Source: an uncultured Actinomycetes bacterium (GTDB lineage: Bacteria; Actinomycetota; Thermoleophilia; Gaiellales; Gaiellaceae). From it: a DNA stretch of 64,000 nucleotides. Under the pieces are notes generated by a model. That model saw only the letters and a list, made by a program, of their open reading frames with translations, was not told the origin of the DNA and made no database searches. The translations under genes and the position numbers were made by a program. The stretch lies in NCBI GenBank assembly GCA_963789895.1, contig CAWBMC010000002.1:276548-340547 (forward strand), read 5' to 3'. Numbering within the stretch: position 1 is the first letter of the stretch; every line of letters begins with the position of its first letter. Below, piece after piece: positions 19,857 through 30,656 of this stretch.

Positions 19857-20258
19857 TCAGGCGGGTGCGAGCAGCTCGAGCCGGTTGCCCCACGGGTCGA
19901 CTGTATGCAGCCGAAGCCGGCCGGGGATCTCCGCCTCGTCCGCGTACTCGACGCGTGCGCCCGCGTCGGTCAGCGCCTGCGCGATCCGCCGCAGAGCCTC
20001 AGCGGAGCCGACACTGAGACCCGCATGTGCCTTCACGGCCGGAGTGAACGGCTCGGCCACACCCACGTGCAGCTCCTGCGACCCGACGCGAAACCAGCAG
20101 CCGCCGCGCTCGGCCAACATGGGTGGCTTGGGGATCTCCTCCAGCCCGAGCAGAGCGCCATAGAACCTGCGCGCCTCCGCCTCGCAGCCCGCCGGCGCCG
20201 CAACCTGGACGTGATCGATGCCGACGATCTCACGCTCGAGCGGCGTCGTTCCGCTCAT
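19857..20258 (-). CDS. VOC/glyoxalase family protein
   Basis: IDHVQVAAP..EAEARRFY..LLGLEEIPKP, DPWGNRLEL. Confidence 0.9.
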   Translation of the reverse strand: MSGTTPLEREIVGIDHVQVAAPAGCEAEARRFYGALLGLEEIPKPPMLAERGGCWFRVGSQELHVGVAEPFTPAVKAHAGLSVGSAEALRRIAQALTDAGARVEYADEAEIPGRLRLHTVDPWGNRLELLAPA

Positions 20259-20294
20259 CGACGGCGAGCCGCCGGGGCGGGACCCGGACGAAAG

Positions 20295-20454
20295 GTGCTC
20301 CACCCTGCCGATGATGCCCCGGACCGGAAGCGAACCTTGCGCTCCCAGGTGGGTGCCGGGCGGGGGGTCGGCAACGCCTTTCCCCGACCCAAGCTCCCTT
20401 CGTGATCGTGTTGGTTCACGGATTGAGCCCGGGGCCACGCACAGGGTCGAGCAC
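20295..20454 (-). ncRNA. ssrS: 6S RNA (probable)
   Basis: Long terminal stem (gtgctc-gaccctg..gccccgg / ccggggc..cagggt-ggagcac); 6S-like motifs UGAACC, GGGAGC, GGCACCCACCUG, AGGUUC; downstream of hisS-aspS like B. subtilis 6S-1. Confidence 0.8.
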
Positions 20455-20462
20455 GCTCGACT

Positions 20463-20891
20463 CTACCCGCTCGTGTCGGCTGCGAAGCGCCACTGCACAC
20501 GCTGGATGCCGTCGAGGCCGAGTCGTCGCGCGATTCCCTCGGTCAGCTCGAACTGGTTTCCGGGACTCTTGAGCTTGGTGTCGATCACCTCGGTGAACAG
20601 CGTTTCGTTCCCGTAGCGGATCAGGATCTTGGTTCCGCACGGGAGCACCGGGTGCGTCACTCCGAGCGAGCGGCTGGTCAGGGTGAGGCCGCACGTCGTC
20701 TTTTCCGCGTCGCCGGCCGGGCCGCGCGATGCTGCCAGCGCCTCGTACCAGCCGCCCGGCGCGACTGCCCCGAGCGACGCGGCCCGTGCCGTGTCCGCAC
20801 CGCGCCGCTCCTGTACCGCCAGGGCGACGAGCCCGGCCAGGAGCGCAGCCGCCGCGAGCACGAGCAGGCGCCGGACGACGGAGGCGCTCAG
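20463..20891 (-). CDS. RlpA-like double-psi beta-barrel secreted/membrane protein
   Basis: TTCG..LT..SLGVTHPVLPCGTKI..TEVID..FELT; start either the CTG overlapping the aspS stop or the GTG at 20861. Confidence 0.75.
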   Translation of the reverse strand: MSASVVRRLLVLAAAALLAGLVALAVQERRGADTARAASLGAVAPGGWYEALAASRGPAGDAEKTTCGLTLTSRSLGVTHPVLPCGTKILIRYGNETLFTEVIDTKLKSPGNQFELTEGIARRLGLDGIQRVQWRFAADTSG

Positions 20892-22633
20892 GGCTCCTCC
20901 GCTGTGACGAGCGCGATCCCGAGCTCGTCGAGCTGCGCCGACGTCACCGCAGACGGCGCTCCCGACATGGGGTCGAGCCCGGCCTGGTTCTTCGGGAAGG
21001 CGATCACGTCACGCAGGTTCGACTCGCCGGCCAGCACCATCGTCATGCGGTCGATGCCGAGGGCGATGCCGCCGTGCGGAGGCGCCCCCATCGCGAGCGC
21101 ATCCAGGAGAAATCCGAACTTCGCACGCTGGTCTTCGGCGCTCAGGCGCAGCAGATCGAAGACACGCGCCTGGAGGTCGGACTCGTGGATCCGGAAGGAG
21201 CCGCCACCGAGCTCGTTCCCGTTGACGATGATGTCGTACGCGTCCGCGAGCGCCCGATCAGGCTCGTCGGCGAACCGCTCGACCCAGTCGTCGGTCGGCC
21301 GGGTGAACGGATGGTGGACGGCTCCGAAGCGAGCTTCCTCCTCGCTCCACTCGAACATCGGGAACTCGGTCACCCAGAGAAAGGTGAACGCCTCGTCGTC
21401 GATCAGACCGAGCTCACGGCCGAGGTGCAGGCGCAGATGCCCGAGCACTCTCGACGTCGCCGGCCGGTCGTCCGCCGCGAAGAGGAGCGTCTCGCCGGGC
21501 TCGATCGCAAACGAAGAGACCTCGGACTCCGAGAGGAACTTCGCAATCGGGGAGCGCAGCTCTCCACTTTCTTCGTCGCGGATGAGGTATGCGAGACCCT
21601 GCGCGCCGCGCTCCTTGGCCAGCTCCTCGAGTGCTCCGATCTCCGTGCGCGAGAACGCCTGCGGGACACGGAGAAAGCGCACGGTATCGGCCGACGCGAA
21701 CACCCCGAACTCGGAGCCGCGGGTCGCCGCGGTCGCGTCCTCGAGCTCGAGCCCGAACCGGGTGTCCGGCTTGTCGGAGCCGAAACGGCCGTCAGCTTCC
21801 GCATACGTCATCCGCGGCCACGGCGTGGAGATCTCGATGCCGAGGCATTCTCGCCAGATGGCGGCGAACATCTCCTCCATCAGCCCGAACAGCTCCTCGC
21901 GGTCCGGGAACGACATCTCCGCGTCGAGCTGTGTCAGCTCCTGCACCCTGTCGGCGCGGAGGTCCTCGTCGCGGAAGCAGATCGCGATCTGGTAGTAGCG
22001 GTCGAAGCCGGCCACCATCGTCAGCTGCTTGAGGATCTGCGGGCTCTGAGGCAGCGCGAAGAAGCGTCCCTTGTGGAGCCGGCTCGGGACGATGAAGTCC
22101 CGCGCCCCTTCGGGCGTCGGCTTGAAGAGGATCGGCGTCTGGATGTCGAGAAACCCGCCCGCCTCCATGTGCCGGCGGATGATCGCGACCATCTGGGCTC
22201 GCAAACCCAGGTTGCGTTGCAGCTTCTCGCGTCTCAGGTCGAGCCAGCGGTAGCGGAGGCGCAAGGTCTCGTCGACGTTCTCCTCGTCGAGCTGGAACGG
22301 CAGCGGCGTCGAGCGCGAGACGACGACGAGCTCGTCGACCTGCAGCTCGACCGCGCCGGTCGGCATCCGCTCGTTGACCGTCTCGGGGGAGCGCGCGACA
22401 ACCTCGCCGCGGGCCTGCAGGACGAACTCGTTGCGCACGTCCTTGACCAGCTCCGCCGCCGCCGGCGCGCGCTCGGGGTTGATCACGAGTTGCGTGAGGC
22501 CGGTGCGGTCGCGGAGGTCGACGAACACGAGCCCGCCGTGGTCTCTGCGCCGGGCGACCCAACCGGCAACGGCGAGCCTCTGCCCGACGTGCTCCGCGCG
22601 GAGCTCGCCGCACATCAGGTCGCGCCAGCTCAC
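20888..22633 (-). CDS. aspS: Aspartate--tRNA ligase
   Basis: RRDHGGLVFVDLRD, TPEGARDF, ALPQSPQ, CFRDEDLRADR, GAPPHGGIALGIDR. Confidence 0.98.
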   Translation of the reverse strand: MSWRDLMCGELRAEHVGQRLAVAGWVARRRDHGGLVFVDLRDRTGLTQLVINPERAPAAAELVKDVRNEFVLQARGEVVARSPETVNERMPTGAVELQVDELVVVSRSTPLPFQLDEENVDETLRLRYRWLDLRREKLQRNLGLRAQMVAIIRRHMEAGGFLDIQTPILFKPTPEGARDFIVPSRLHKGRFFALPQSPQILKQLTMVAGFDRYYQIAICFRDEDLRADRVQELTQLDAEMSFPDREELFGLMEEMFAAIWRECLGIEISTPWPRMTYAEADGRFGSDKPDTRFGLELEDATAATRGSEFGVFASADTVRFLRVPQAFSRTEIGALEELAKERGAQGLAYLIRDEESGELRSPIAKFLSESEVSSFAIEPGETLLFAADDRPATSRVLGHLRLHLGRELGLIDDEAFTFLWVTEFPMFEWSEEEARFGAVHHPFTRPTDDWVERFADEPDRALADAYDIIVNGNELGGGSFRIHESDLQARVFDLLRLSAEDQRAKFGFLLDALAMGAPPHGGIALGIDRMTMVLAGESNLRDVIAFPKNQAGLDPMSGAPSAVTSAQLDELGIALVTAEEP

Positions 22634-23901
22634 GATCCCGACAGTCTGCCGACGATCTCGGCGTGTCCAACCGTCTCGTCCGAGACGCCGGCGGTCCGTA
22701 GCGTCGCGGCGTCCACCCCGACGACGACGGTGACCCGCGATCCGAGGCGGCCGGCCTGGGTCAGCTGCCCCTTGAGCGAGCGGCCGGCGTAGTCCGTGTC
22801 ACACGAGACACCGGCCGCGCGCAACGACGCGAGCCAGCTCTGCACCACCGACCGCGGCGCGCCGTCGTCGAGCGCGAAGAACACGTCGATCGCGGGCGAC
22901 ACGGCGGTGGCGACGCCTTCCTCCTCCATCGCGATCACGAGACGCTCGATCCCCGCGCCGAAGCCGACCCCGGGCGTCGGCGGCCCGCCGATCTCCTCCA
23001 CGAGGTAGTCGTAGCGGCCACCACCCGAGATGGTCGAGTTTGCTCCCTCGAGCGGGCCGATGAACTCCCACGTGGTGCGCGAGTAGTAGTCGAGCCCGCG
23101 TACGAGCGTGGGCACGAGCTCGTACCCGACGCCGACGGCGTCGAGGTCGGCGCGTACGCGAGCGAAATGCGCGACGCATTCGTCGCAGAGCGACTCGCCG
23201 ATGGTCGGTGCCTCGCGGAGTGCCTCCTGCACGGCGGGCGGCTTGGCGGCGATGTTGTCGAGCGCCCTGAGCGGGGACACCGCCGCCTTGGCTCTCGTCT
23301 CGTCGTCGAGGCGACCGTCGTTGGCGGCCAGCCAGGCGCCGAGCCGCTCGAGATACGCCGGCCGACAGGTGCGGCAGCCGATCGAGTTGAGCGTCAGCGT
23401 GTACGTGGTCACATCGAGACGCCGTAGGAGGGTGTCGTAGAGCTGGATGATCTCGGCGTCGAGCGCGGGATCGTCCGAGCCGATCGCCTCGACCGAGGCC
23501 TGCCAGTGCTCGCGATACCGTCCTCTTCCCGGTGCGCCATACCGGTACATCGGCGCGATCGTGAACATCTTCGCCGGCTGTGGATCACGGTGCATGCCGT
23601 GCTCGAGGTAGGCGCGACAGATCGGAGCGGTGCCCTCCGGTCGCAGCGTCAGCGAGCGGTCGGAGCGATCGGTGAAGGTGTACATCTCCTTCTGCACGAC
23701 GTCGGAGCCCATGCCCGACGTGCGGACGAAGAGGGCCGTGTCCTCGAATACCGGGGTCTGGATCGACCGGTAGCCGTAGAGGTCACAGAGCCGTTGGATC
23801 TCTCCGGTCACGCGGCGCCAGAGCGGCATCTCGGCCGGCACGACGTCGTGCGTGCCGCGTGGCCGCTCGATCTTCCCCCGCTCTCCGTCGCCGCCGGACA
23901 C
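22630..23901 (-). CDS. hisS: Histidine--tRNA ligase
   Basis: PRGTHD, LRPEGTA, LVRGLDYY, GGGRYD, GFGAGIER. Confidence 0.98.
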   Translation of the reverse strand: MSGGDGERGKIERPRGTHDVVPAEMPLWRRVTGEIQRLCDLYGYRSIQTPVFEDTALFVRTSGMGSDVVQKEMYTFTDRSDRSLTLRPEGTAPICRAYLEHGMHRDPQPAKMFTIAPMYRYGAPGRGRYREHWQASVEAIGSDDPALDAEIIQLYDTLLRRLDVTTYTLTLNSIGCRTCRPAYLERLGAWLAANDGRLDDETRAKAAVSPLRALDNIAAKPPAVQEALREAPTIGESLCDECVAHFARVRADLDAVGVGYELVPTLVRGLDYYSRTTWEFIGPLEGANSTISGGGRYDYLVEEIGGPPTPGVGFGAGIERLVIAMEEEGVATAVSPAIDVFFALDDGAPRSVVQSWLASLRAAGVSCDTDYAGRSLKGQLTQAGRLGSRVTVVVGVDAATLRTAGVSDETVGHAEIVGRLSGS

Positions 23902-23944
23902 CGTTTGGCAAGGCTAGCGGCACCGTCGCCCGGACACCCCGTGG

Positions 23945-24607
23945 TCAGTCGACCGCGGTCTGCGGTGTCTCGCGCAGCCCGCCGAGGAACGGGTTGCTGC
24001 GGAGCTCCGCACCGAGGGTCGTGTCCGGCCCGTGACCGGGGTGGACGACCGCCTCGGGTGGGAAGCGGTCGATGAGCGTCTGGATCGATGCGACCAGCGT
24101 CGGCCAGTCGCCGCCCGGCAGGTCGACACGACCGACGCCGCCCCGGAAGAGAACATCCCCCGTGAAGAGGTGACTGGCGGTCGTGTAGGCGACGTGACCC
24201 GGAGAGTGCCCGGGCACCGCGACGACGTCGAAGTCGATCCCGGCCGCACGGATCGTCTCGCCGCCGCCGACGAGTGTGGCGTCACCGTCGAACGGCGGCA
24301 CCGCGATGCCGCTCGAGCCGTAGACGTCACCGGGACGCCGGAAGATCCACTCCTCATCGCGCGGCAGCCAGACCGGCGCTCCGGTGCCCTCCGCGAGCTC
24401 CGCCAGCCCCAGGAAGTGGTCCCAGTGGCAGTGCGTGACGAGGATCGCGGCGCAGCCGGCTCCGGACGATGCCAGCCGCAGACGGATCTCTGCGGCCGGA
24501 CCGCTCGGATCGACGACGACTGCCTCCGCAGCACCGCGCTCCCGCCGTACGAGATGACAATTGGTCCCGATCGGGCCGAGCTCGAGCGTGTCGACGGCGA
24601 GCGCCAC
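23945..24607 (-). CDS. MBL-fold metallo-hydrolase (glyoxalase II-like)
   Basis: THCHWDH, PGHSPG, TGDVLF, PGHG. Confidence 0.92.
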   Translation of the reverse strand: MALAVDTLELGPIGTNCHLVRRERGAAEAVVVDPSGPAAEIRLRLASSGAGCAAILVTHCHWDHFLGLAELAEGTGAPVWLPRDEEWIFRRPGDVYGSSGIAVPPFDGDATLVGGGETIRAAGIDFDVVAVPGHSPGHVAYTTASHLFTGDVLFRGGVGRVDLPGGDWPTLVASIQTLIDRFPPEAVVHPGHGPDTTLGAELRSNPFLGGLRETPQTAVD

Positions 24608-25011
24608 TAGGCGCCGCGGGTCTTCGCGAGCCGCTTCTGCTGCGACCGCCACATGAAGCGGTCCATGAAGTAGCTGAACGGCACGAAGACGGCCAGCAGC
24701 AGCACCGTGTTGACGACCGCGGCGCCGTAGCCCTTGTTCCCGTTGAGAAGGAGCACGGTGGCGAAGAAGATCGGCGAGAACATCGCGCCCCGCTTCAGCA
24801 CCCGGTTCCAGCTCGGTTCCTGCACGACGCCGCGACCGCGGGAAACCTTTGGTTTCGACCCCTTCGCGGAGTCCGGACGCTTCCCCTCGCCCGCCGGTCG
24901 CAGCTCGGTCGAGCGCAGCACGGTCTCGTTGCCCTCCCCGTCGATCTCGACGAGGTCATAGTCGTGACGCTTCTCCTTCTCGCGCTTGCGGCGCTGTTTC
25001 CGTGTCGCCAT
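24607..25011 (-). CDS. Hypothetical membrane protein (basic N-terminus, 2 TM)
   Basis: MATRKQRRKREKEKRH...; two C-terminal hydrophobic helices; coupled to the downstream gene. Confidence 0.75.
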   Translation of the reverse strand: MATRKQRRKREKEKRHDYDLVEIDGEGNETVLRSTELRPAGEGKRPDSAKGSKPKVSRGRGVVQEPSWNRVLKRGAMFSPIFFATVLLLNGNKGYGAAVVNTVLLLAVFVPFSYFMDRFMWRSQQKRLAKTRGA

Positions 25012-25016
25012 GAGCG

Positions 25017-26243
25017 TTATCGTGCCACGCGCGACCAGGCAACCGAGCCGTTCTCGATCACGGTGTGCACGACGTCGCCGGCGAGGTGGTAGGCGAGGTG
25101 GCGCCAATCGGCGGCATCGAGCAGCACCAGGTCGGCGGCATATCCGGGCGCGATCCGCCCCTTTCGGTCTGCGCGTCCGAGCACGTGGGCGGCGTTGACG
25201 GTCACGGCGCCAAGTGCCTCCGAGGGCGACAGCTTCATCTGCGTGCAAGCGAGCGTGCACACAAGTGGCAGGCTCTCGCAGAATGCCGAGCCAGGGTTGA
25301 AATCGGTCGCCAGCGCGATTGCCGCACCCGCGTCGACAAGCCCGCGGGCGGGCGGCATCGGCCGGCCCAGGAAAAGTGCGCTTGCCGGGAGGAGCACGCC
25401 GACCACCGCGCTCTCTGCAAGCCGGCGCACCCCCGCAGGCCCCGTCGCCTCCAGGTGGTCGACCGACCGCGCGCCAAGCTCGATCGCAAGCTCGATGGCC
25501 CCCATCTCGTTGAACTGGTCGCCGTGCAACCGCAGGACGAGCCCGGCCTCCGCGCAGGCGACGAGATAGCGCCGTGCCTGAGCCGCGTCGAACGCGCCCT
25601 GCTCGAGGAACACGTCGGCGGCCTCGGCGAGCGGTGCGGCAGCCGGAAGGACGTCACCGAGCAGGAAATCGAGGTACGCGTCGGCGTCGGCGTACTCGGG
25701 CGGCACCGTATGCGCCCCGAGCCACGTGACAACGCCGCCGGCCGCTCCGACCGCTCGGAGTTGTGCGATTTCCGTCTCGAGGTCGAGCCCGTACCCCGAC
25801 TTGCCCTCGAACGTCGTCGTCCCATGGGTGCGCATCCAGCCGCGGTGGCGCTCGACAGCCGCGAGCAGCTCATCGGCGCCCGCCGCTCGCGTGGCGCGAA
25901 CGGTCGACAGGATGCCGCCACCCGCCGCATGTAGCTCCTCGTAGGTCGCCCCCGAAGCCCGGAGGGCGAACTCTGCGGCCCGGTCGCCGACGAAGGCCGG
26001 ATGTGTGTGGCAGTCGACGAGACCCGGCACGGCCGCACAGCCGCGACCGTCGATCTCGACGACCTCTCCGTCGAGCCGGGGCAGGTCCCGCATGCGACCC
26101 ACCGCTGCGATTCCGTCCTCGTCGCACAGGACGTACCCGTCCTCGACGACGTCGACCGCGTCGAGATCCGAACCGCGCAGCGGCGCGGCGCGACCCGCGG
26201 GCGACGCTGCCTGCGCCAGATCACGGACGAGCAGGCGACTCAC
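25017..26243 (-). CDS. hutI: Imidazolonepropionase
   Basis: [35 protein letters not shown]. Confidence 0.96.
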   Translation of the reverse strand: MSRLLVRDLAQAASPAGRAAPLRGSDLDAVDVVEDGYVLCDEDGIAAVGRMRDLPRLDGEVVEIDGRGCAAVPGLVDCHTHPAFVGDRAAEFALRASGATYEELHAAGGGILSTVRATRAAGADELLAAVERHRGWMRTHGTTTFEGKSGYGLDLETEIAQLRAVGAAGGVVTWLGAHTVPPEYADADAYLDFLLGDVLPAAAPLAEAADVFLEQGAFDAAQARRYLVACAEAGLVLRLHGDQFNEMGAIELAIELGARSVDHLEATGPAGVRRLAESAVVGVLLPASALFLGRPMPPARGLVDAGAAIALATDFNPGSAFCESLPLVCTLACTQMKLSPSEALGAVTVNAAHVLGRADRKGRIAPGYAADLVLLDAADWRHLAYHLAGDVVHTVIENGSVAWSRVAR

Positions 26244-27931
26244 GTGACCGATGGGAGGTCGAGTCCCCGCTCGGTCGCGCACTCGAGCGCCTCGGCGTAG
26301 CCGGCATCCGCGTGCCGCATCACCCCTGTGCCCGGATCGGCGGTGAGCACCCGCTCGAGACGGTCGGCGGCGTCGTCGGTGCCGTCCGCGAGGACGACCA
26401 TGCCGGCGTGGATCGAGTTGCCGATCCCGACGCCACCGCCGTGGTGGACGGAGACCCACGTCGCCCCGCACGCCGTGTTGAGCAGAGCGTTGAGGATCGG
26501 CCAATCGGCGATCGCGTCGGACCCGTCACGCATTGCCTCGGTCTCCCGATACGGAGAGGCGACCGAACCGGAGTCGAGGTGGTCACGACCGATCACGACC
26601 GGACACGACACCCGGCCTGATCGCACGAGCTCGTTGATGGCACGCCCCGCCTGGGCCCGGTCCCCGTAGCCGAGCCAGCAGATTCGAGCAGGGAGCCCCT
26701 GGAAGGCAACCTTCTCGGGTGCGTAGGCGAGCCACCGCTGCAGCAGCTCGTCATCCGGGAAGAGTTGCGCGAGCTCGGCGTCGATGACCTCGATGTCCTT
26801 CGGGTCGCCCGACAGCACAGCCCACCGGAACGGACCGACTCCACGGCAGAAGAGCGGCCGGATATAGGCCGGGACGAAGCCCGGGTATGTGAACGCTTCG
26901 GTCAGGCCGCTGTCATAGGCCTCCCCGCGAAGGTTGTTGCCATAATCGAAAACATAGCATCCCATGCGGACGAACTCGAGCATCGCCTGGACGTGCTCCA
27001 CGATCGACCGGCGTGACAGCTCGAGGTAGCGTGCGGGATCGAGCCGCCGGAGCTGCGCGGCCTCCTCGAAGGGCACCTCCGCGGGCACGTAGCCGACGAG
27101 TGGGTCGTGCGCCGCCGTCTGGTCGGTGACGAAATCGAAGTGCTCTCCGCGCCGAGCGAGGACGCCGAACACGTCCGCCGCGTTTCCGAGGAGCCCGATG
27201 CTCAGCGGCCGGCGCTCCGCCGCGGCCGCTCGCACTCGAGCGACCGCGTCGTCGAGGTCGGCGGCCACCTCGTCGAGGTAGCGAGTCTCGAGGCGCCGCT
27301 CGATCCGTGTGGGGTCGACCTCCACGCAGAGGATCGCGGCACCGGCCAGCGTCGCCGCCAGCGGCTGCGCACCGCCCATGCCACCGAGGCCGGCCGTGAG
27401 GATCGTCTTGCCACGCAAGTCGGGCGAGCCGAAGTGGGTCTCCCCTGCCGCGCAGAACGTCTGGTACGTCCCCTGCAGGATGCCTTGCGTGCCGATGTAG
27501 ATCCACGATCCGGCCGTCATCTGTCCGAACATCGTCAGACCCAGGGCCTCCAGCCTGCGGAACTCTTCCCACGACGCCCACCGCGGCACGAGCAGCGAGT
27601 TCGCGATCAGCACCCTGGGTGCGCCCGCGTGCGTCCTGAAGACGCCGACCGGCTTGCCCGACTGCACGAGCAGCGTCTCGTCGTCACGGAGCCGGAGGAG
27701 CGTCCGCACGATCGCTCGCAGAGCGTCATGCGAGCGTGCCGCCCGGCCGGTGCCGCCGTACACGACGAGCTCCTCCGGATGCTCGGCCACGTCGGCGTCG
27801 AGGTTGTTGAGGAGCATGCGAAGGGGCGCCTCCGTCTGCCACGACCCCGCGTGCAGCTCCGGGCCGTGCGGCGCCCGGATGGACGTCAGGTCGCCGCACA
27901 GCCGCTCGACGAGCACGTCCGTGTCGCTCAC
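26240..27931 (-). CDS. hutU: Urocanate hydratase
   Basis: [43 protein letters not shown]. Confidence 0.98.
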   Translation of the reverse strand: MSDTDVLVERLCGDLTSIRAPHGPELHAGSWQTEAPLRMLLNNLDADVAEHPEELVVYGGTGRAARSHDALRAIVRTLLRLRDDETLLVQSGKPVGVFRTHAGAPRVLIANSLLVPRWASWEEFRRLEALGLTMFGQMTAGSWIYIGTQGILQGTYQTFCAAGETHFGSPDLRGKTILTAGLGGMGGAQPLAATLAGAAILCVEVDPTRIERRLETRYLDEVAADLDDAVARVRAAAAERRPLSIGLLGNAADVFGVLARRGEHFDFVTDQTAAHDPLVGYVPAEVPFEEAAQLRRLDPARYLELSRRSIVEHVQAMLEFVRMGCYVFDYGNNLRGEAYDSGLTEAFTYPGFVPAYIRPLFCRGVGPFRWAVLSGDPKDIEVIDAELAQLFPDDELLQRWLAYAPEKVAFQGLPARICWLGYGDRAQAGRAINELVRSGRVSCPVVIGRDHLDSGSVASPYRETEAMRDGSDAIADWPILNALLNTACGATWVSVHHGGGVGIGNSIHAGMVVLADGTDDAADRLERVLTADPGTGVMRHADAGYAEALECATERGLDLPSVT

Positions 27932-28013
27932 CGGGGCTCCTTCCGGCCGACCGACAGCGACAGATCGTCGTCGAAACCGGGATGGCGACGAGGCGACCTC
28001 GACAGCACCGGGC

Positions 28014-29547
28014 TCAACCGATCATTCCGACGGCAGCACCGAGTGCCTCGTCCAGACGTCCGTCGCGCACGGCGTCCGCGACGCTCTCGATCTCACTCGA
28101 CATCGACCGGTCCTCGCGCAGGCGCGGCGACAGCGTGCGGACGAACGTCCGGGCGGCGGCCACGCCGCGACCGGGTTCGAGCGGCGCGAGAAACTCGATC
28201 GCCTGCGCGCCGGCGAGCAGCTCGATCGCCAGCACGCACTCCGCGTTCGCGAGCACCTGCAGCGCTTTCAGCCCGGCGGCGTTCCCCATCGAGACATGAT
28301 CCTCCTGGCCGGCGCTCGTGGGGATCGAGTCGACCGAGGCAGGGTGCGCCAGCGCCTTGTTCTCCGAGACGAGGGCCGCAGCGACGTACTGGAGGATCAT
28401 GAACCCGGAGTTCAGGCCTTCCTCCGCTGGAACGAGGAACGGCGGGAGCCCGTCCGACAGGGCCGGGTTGACCAGTCGCTCGACCCGACGCTCCGAGATG
28501 TTCGCCAGCTCGGCGACCGCGATCGCCAGCGTGTCGAGCGCGAACGCGATCGGTTGGCCGTGGAAGTTCCCGTTGGAGACGATCTGGCCCTCGTCGACGA
28601 GGACGAGCGGGTTGTCCGTGGCGGCGTTCAGCTCGACGGCAACCGTCCCGGCCGCATAGCCGAGCAGGTCGCGGCTTGCCCCGTGCACCTGTGGCGCGCA
28701 GCGAAGCGAGTACGCGTCCTGCACCTTGTCGCACCAGCGGTGGGACTCGATGATGGCCGAGCCTTCGAGCAGCGTCCGGATGTTGGCGGCGCTCCGCTGC
28801 TGCCCGGGCAGCGGCCTCGCATCGTGGATGGCGGGATGGAAGCTCGTCCGCGAGCCCTGCAGCGCTTCGAGTGACATCGCGCACGCGACGTCCGCGGCGC
28901 GGGCGAGCCTGTTCGCTCGAGTGACGCCGAGGGCCGCCATCGCCGTCATGAACTGGGTGCCGTTGATCAGCGAGAGGCCCTCCTTGGGGGCGAGGCGAAC
29001 CGGGGTCGATCCGGCTCGCGCCAGCGCCTCGTCACCCGCGAGCAGCTCCCCTCGGAACCATGCCTCCCCCTCTCCGACGAGCGGCAGCGCGAGATGGGCG
29101 AGCGGCGCGAGATCGCCGCTCGCCCCGACCGACCCCCGCGCCGGAACGCGGGGGAGCACACCCTTCTCGAGCAGCTCGAGCAGGAGCTCCACGGTGGCGA
29201 CCTTCGCGCCCGAATACCCCTTTGCCAGCGCGTTCGCGCGCAGGAGCATCGCCGCGCGCGTCACCTCGGGCGGATACGGGTCGCCGACACCGCAGGCGTG
29301 ACTCCGAAGCAGTCGCAGCTGGAGCTCGTCGACCTGGTCCTCGGGGATCGTCTCCGAGACGAAACGGCCGAAGCCGGTGTTGACGCCGTAGGTGTGCTCG
29401 TTCCGATGCGCGTCGACGAGCGCCCGCGCACGCTGCAGCCGCTCGAGCGCGATGGCGACCCAGCTCGGCCGGTCTGTCGCCGACGGCGACGTCCCAGACG
29501 TCGTCGACGGTGAGGTCGTCGCCGGTGAGGATCAGCGGCTCCGCCAC
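28014..29547 (-). CDS. hutH: Histidine ammonia-lyase (frameshift near 29455)
   Basis: [17 protein letters not shown] (ASG MIO motif), [16 protein letters not shown]; first about 30 codons in another frame. Confidence 0.93.
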
Positions 29548-29711
29548 GGCCGCGAGTCTAGAGGCTGGAGGCGCAGCGCGACCGGCGGCCGCCGCGGTCC
29601 AGCGGCCACCGATCCCCACTCCGCCGCCCCCGACAGGGGGTGCTCGGGGCCCCTGCAGTCACGCTACCGGCGCAGGCGTCACCGCTGTGTGACGTCTTTG
29701 TGCCGAGATCG

Positions 29712-30614
29712 TCAAGGCGCAATCTCATCGAGACCGTCGAGCAGCCGGAGCTCGAGGACCCGGTCGGACGAGAGTCCGGACAGCGCCAACGCGGGTGCGG
29801 CGGCGGCCGTCACCACCGACGCCGGGAGCAACCCGACGAGCTCGCCGCCCGCAACCGCCACCTCGTAGCGGGCCGCCTCGGCGCGCACGCGCGCCACGAC
29901 CACGTGCAACGAGGTCTCATCGACGTCGAGCAGGTTCAGCGAGACCTGCACGCGTCCGGTCTTCGCCAGCGGCAGCCCGAGCGCCTGAACGCCGGGCAGA
30001 CCGCCGCTCGACTCCCGCACCGCAGCGGCGATCGAGCGCGCCACGTCGACGTCGCCGGTGTCGAGATCGACGTTGAACGCAACGAGCGGCCGCCTGGCAC
30101 CGACGAGAACCGCACCCGCCCGCAGATCGAGACGCGGCGGGCCTGCGTCCGGCGTCAACTCGCCCTCGTCGATGCGGCGCTGCAGCTCGGCTGGACCGCC
30201 ACGGCGGAAGAAAGCCGGCGGCCTGCCCCCACCGCTCTCGGCGTAGAGGAAGACAGGCAGCTCGAGCTCCTCCCCCACCCGATGCGCCACCCTGAGCGCC
30301 ACCGCCCGCGCCCGGTCCATGTCGGCCGGCACGAGCGGCACGAGCGGAACGACGTCCGCCGCTCCGACTCGTGGATGGATGCCGTCATGACGACTCAGGT
30401 CGATCCGCTCTCGGGCTGCAGCGATCCCCGCGACCAGCGACTCCACGAGCTCGTCGTCGCCACCGACCAGCGTGAATACCGACCGGTGATGATCGGCGTC
30501 CGAGTGCACGTCGAGGAGGCGAGCGCCCCGACTCGAGAACGCTGCGGCGAGGACGCCCACGATCGCGGTGTCGCGGCCCTCGGAGACGTTCGGGACCGAC
30601 TCGAGCGGCAACAT
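29712..30614 (-). CDS. ftcD: Glutamate formimidoyltransferase (no cyclodeaminase domain)
   Basis: ESVPNVSEGRD, DADHHRSV, HPRVGAADVVP, LVAFNV, ELVGLLP. Confidence 0.92.
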   Translation of the reverse strand: MLPLESVPNVSEGRDTAIVGVLAAAFSSRGARLLDVHSDADHHRSVFTLVGGDDELVESLVAGIAAARERIDLSRHDGIHPRVGAADVVPLVPLVPADMDRARAVALRVAHRVGEELELPVFLYAESGGGRPPAFFRRGGPAELQRRIDEGELTPDAGPPRLDLRAGAVLVGARRPLVAFNVDLDTGDVDVARSIAAAVRESSGGLPGVQALGLPLAKTGRVQVSLNLLDVDETSLHVVVARVRAEAARYEVAVAGGELVGLLPASVVTAAAAPALALSGLSSDRVLELRLLDGLDEIAP

Positions 30615-30656
30615 CGCGCCTACTCTACGACCCATGCGCGAGCCGACCGCCCCCGT

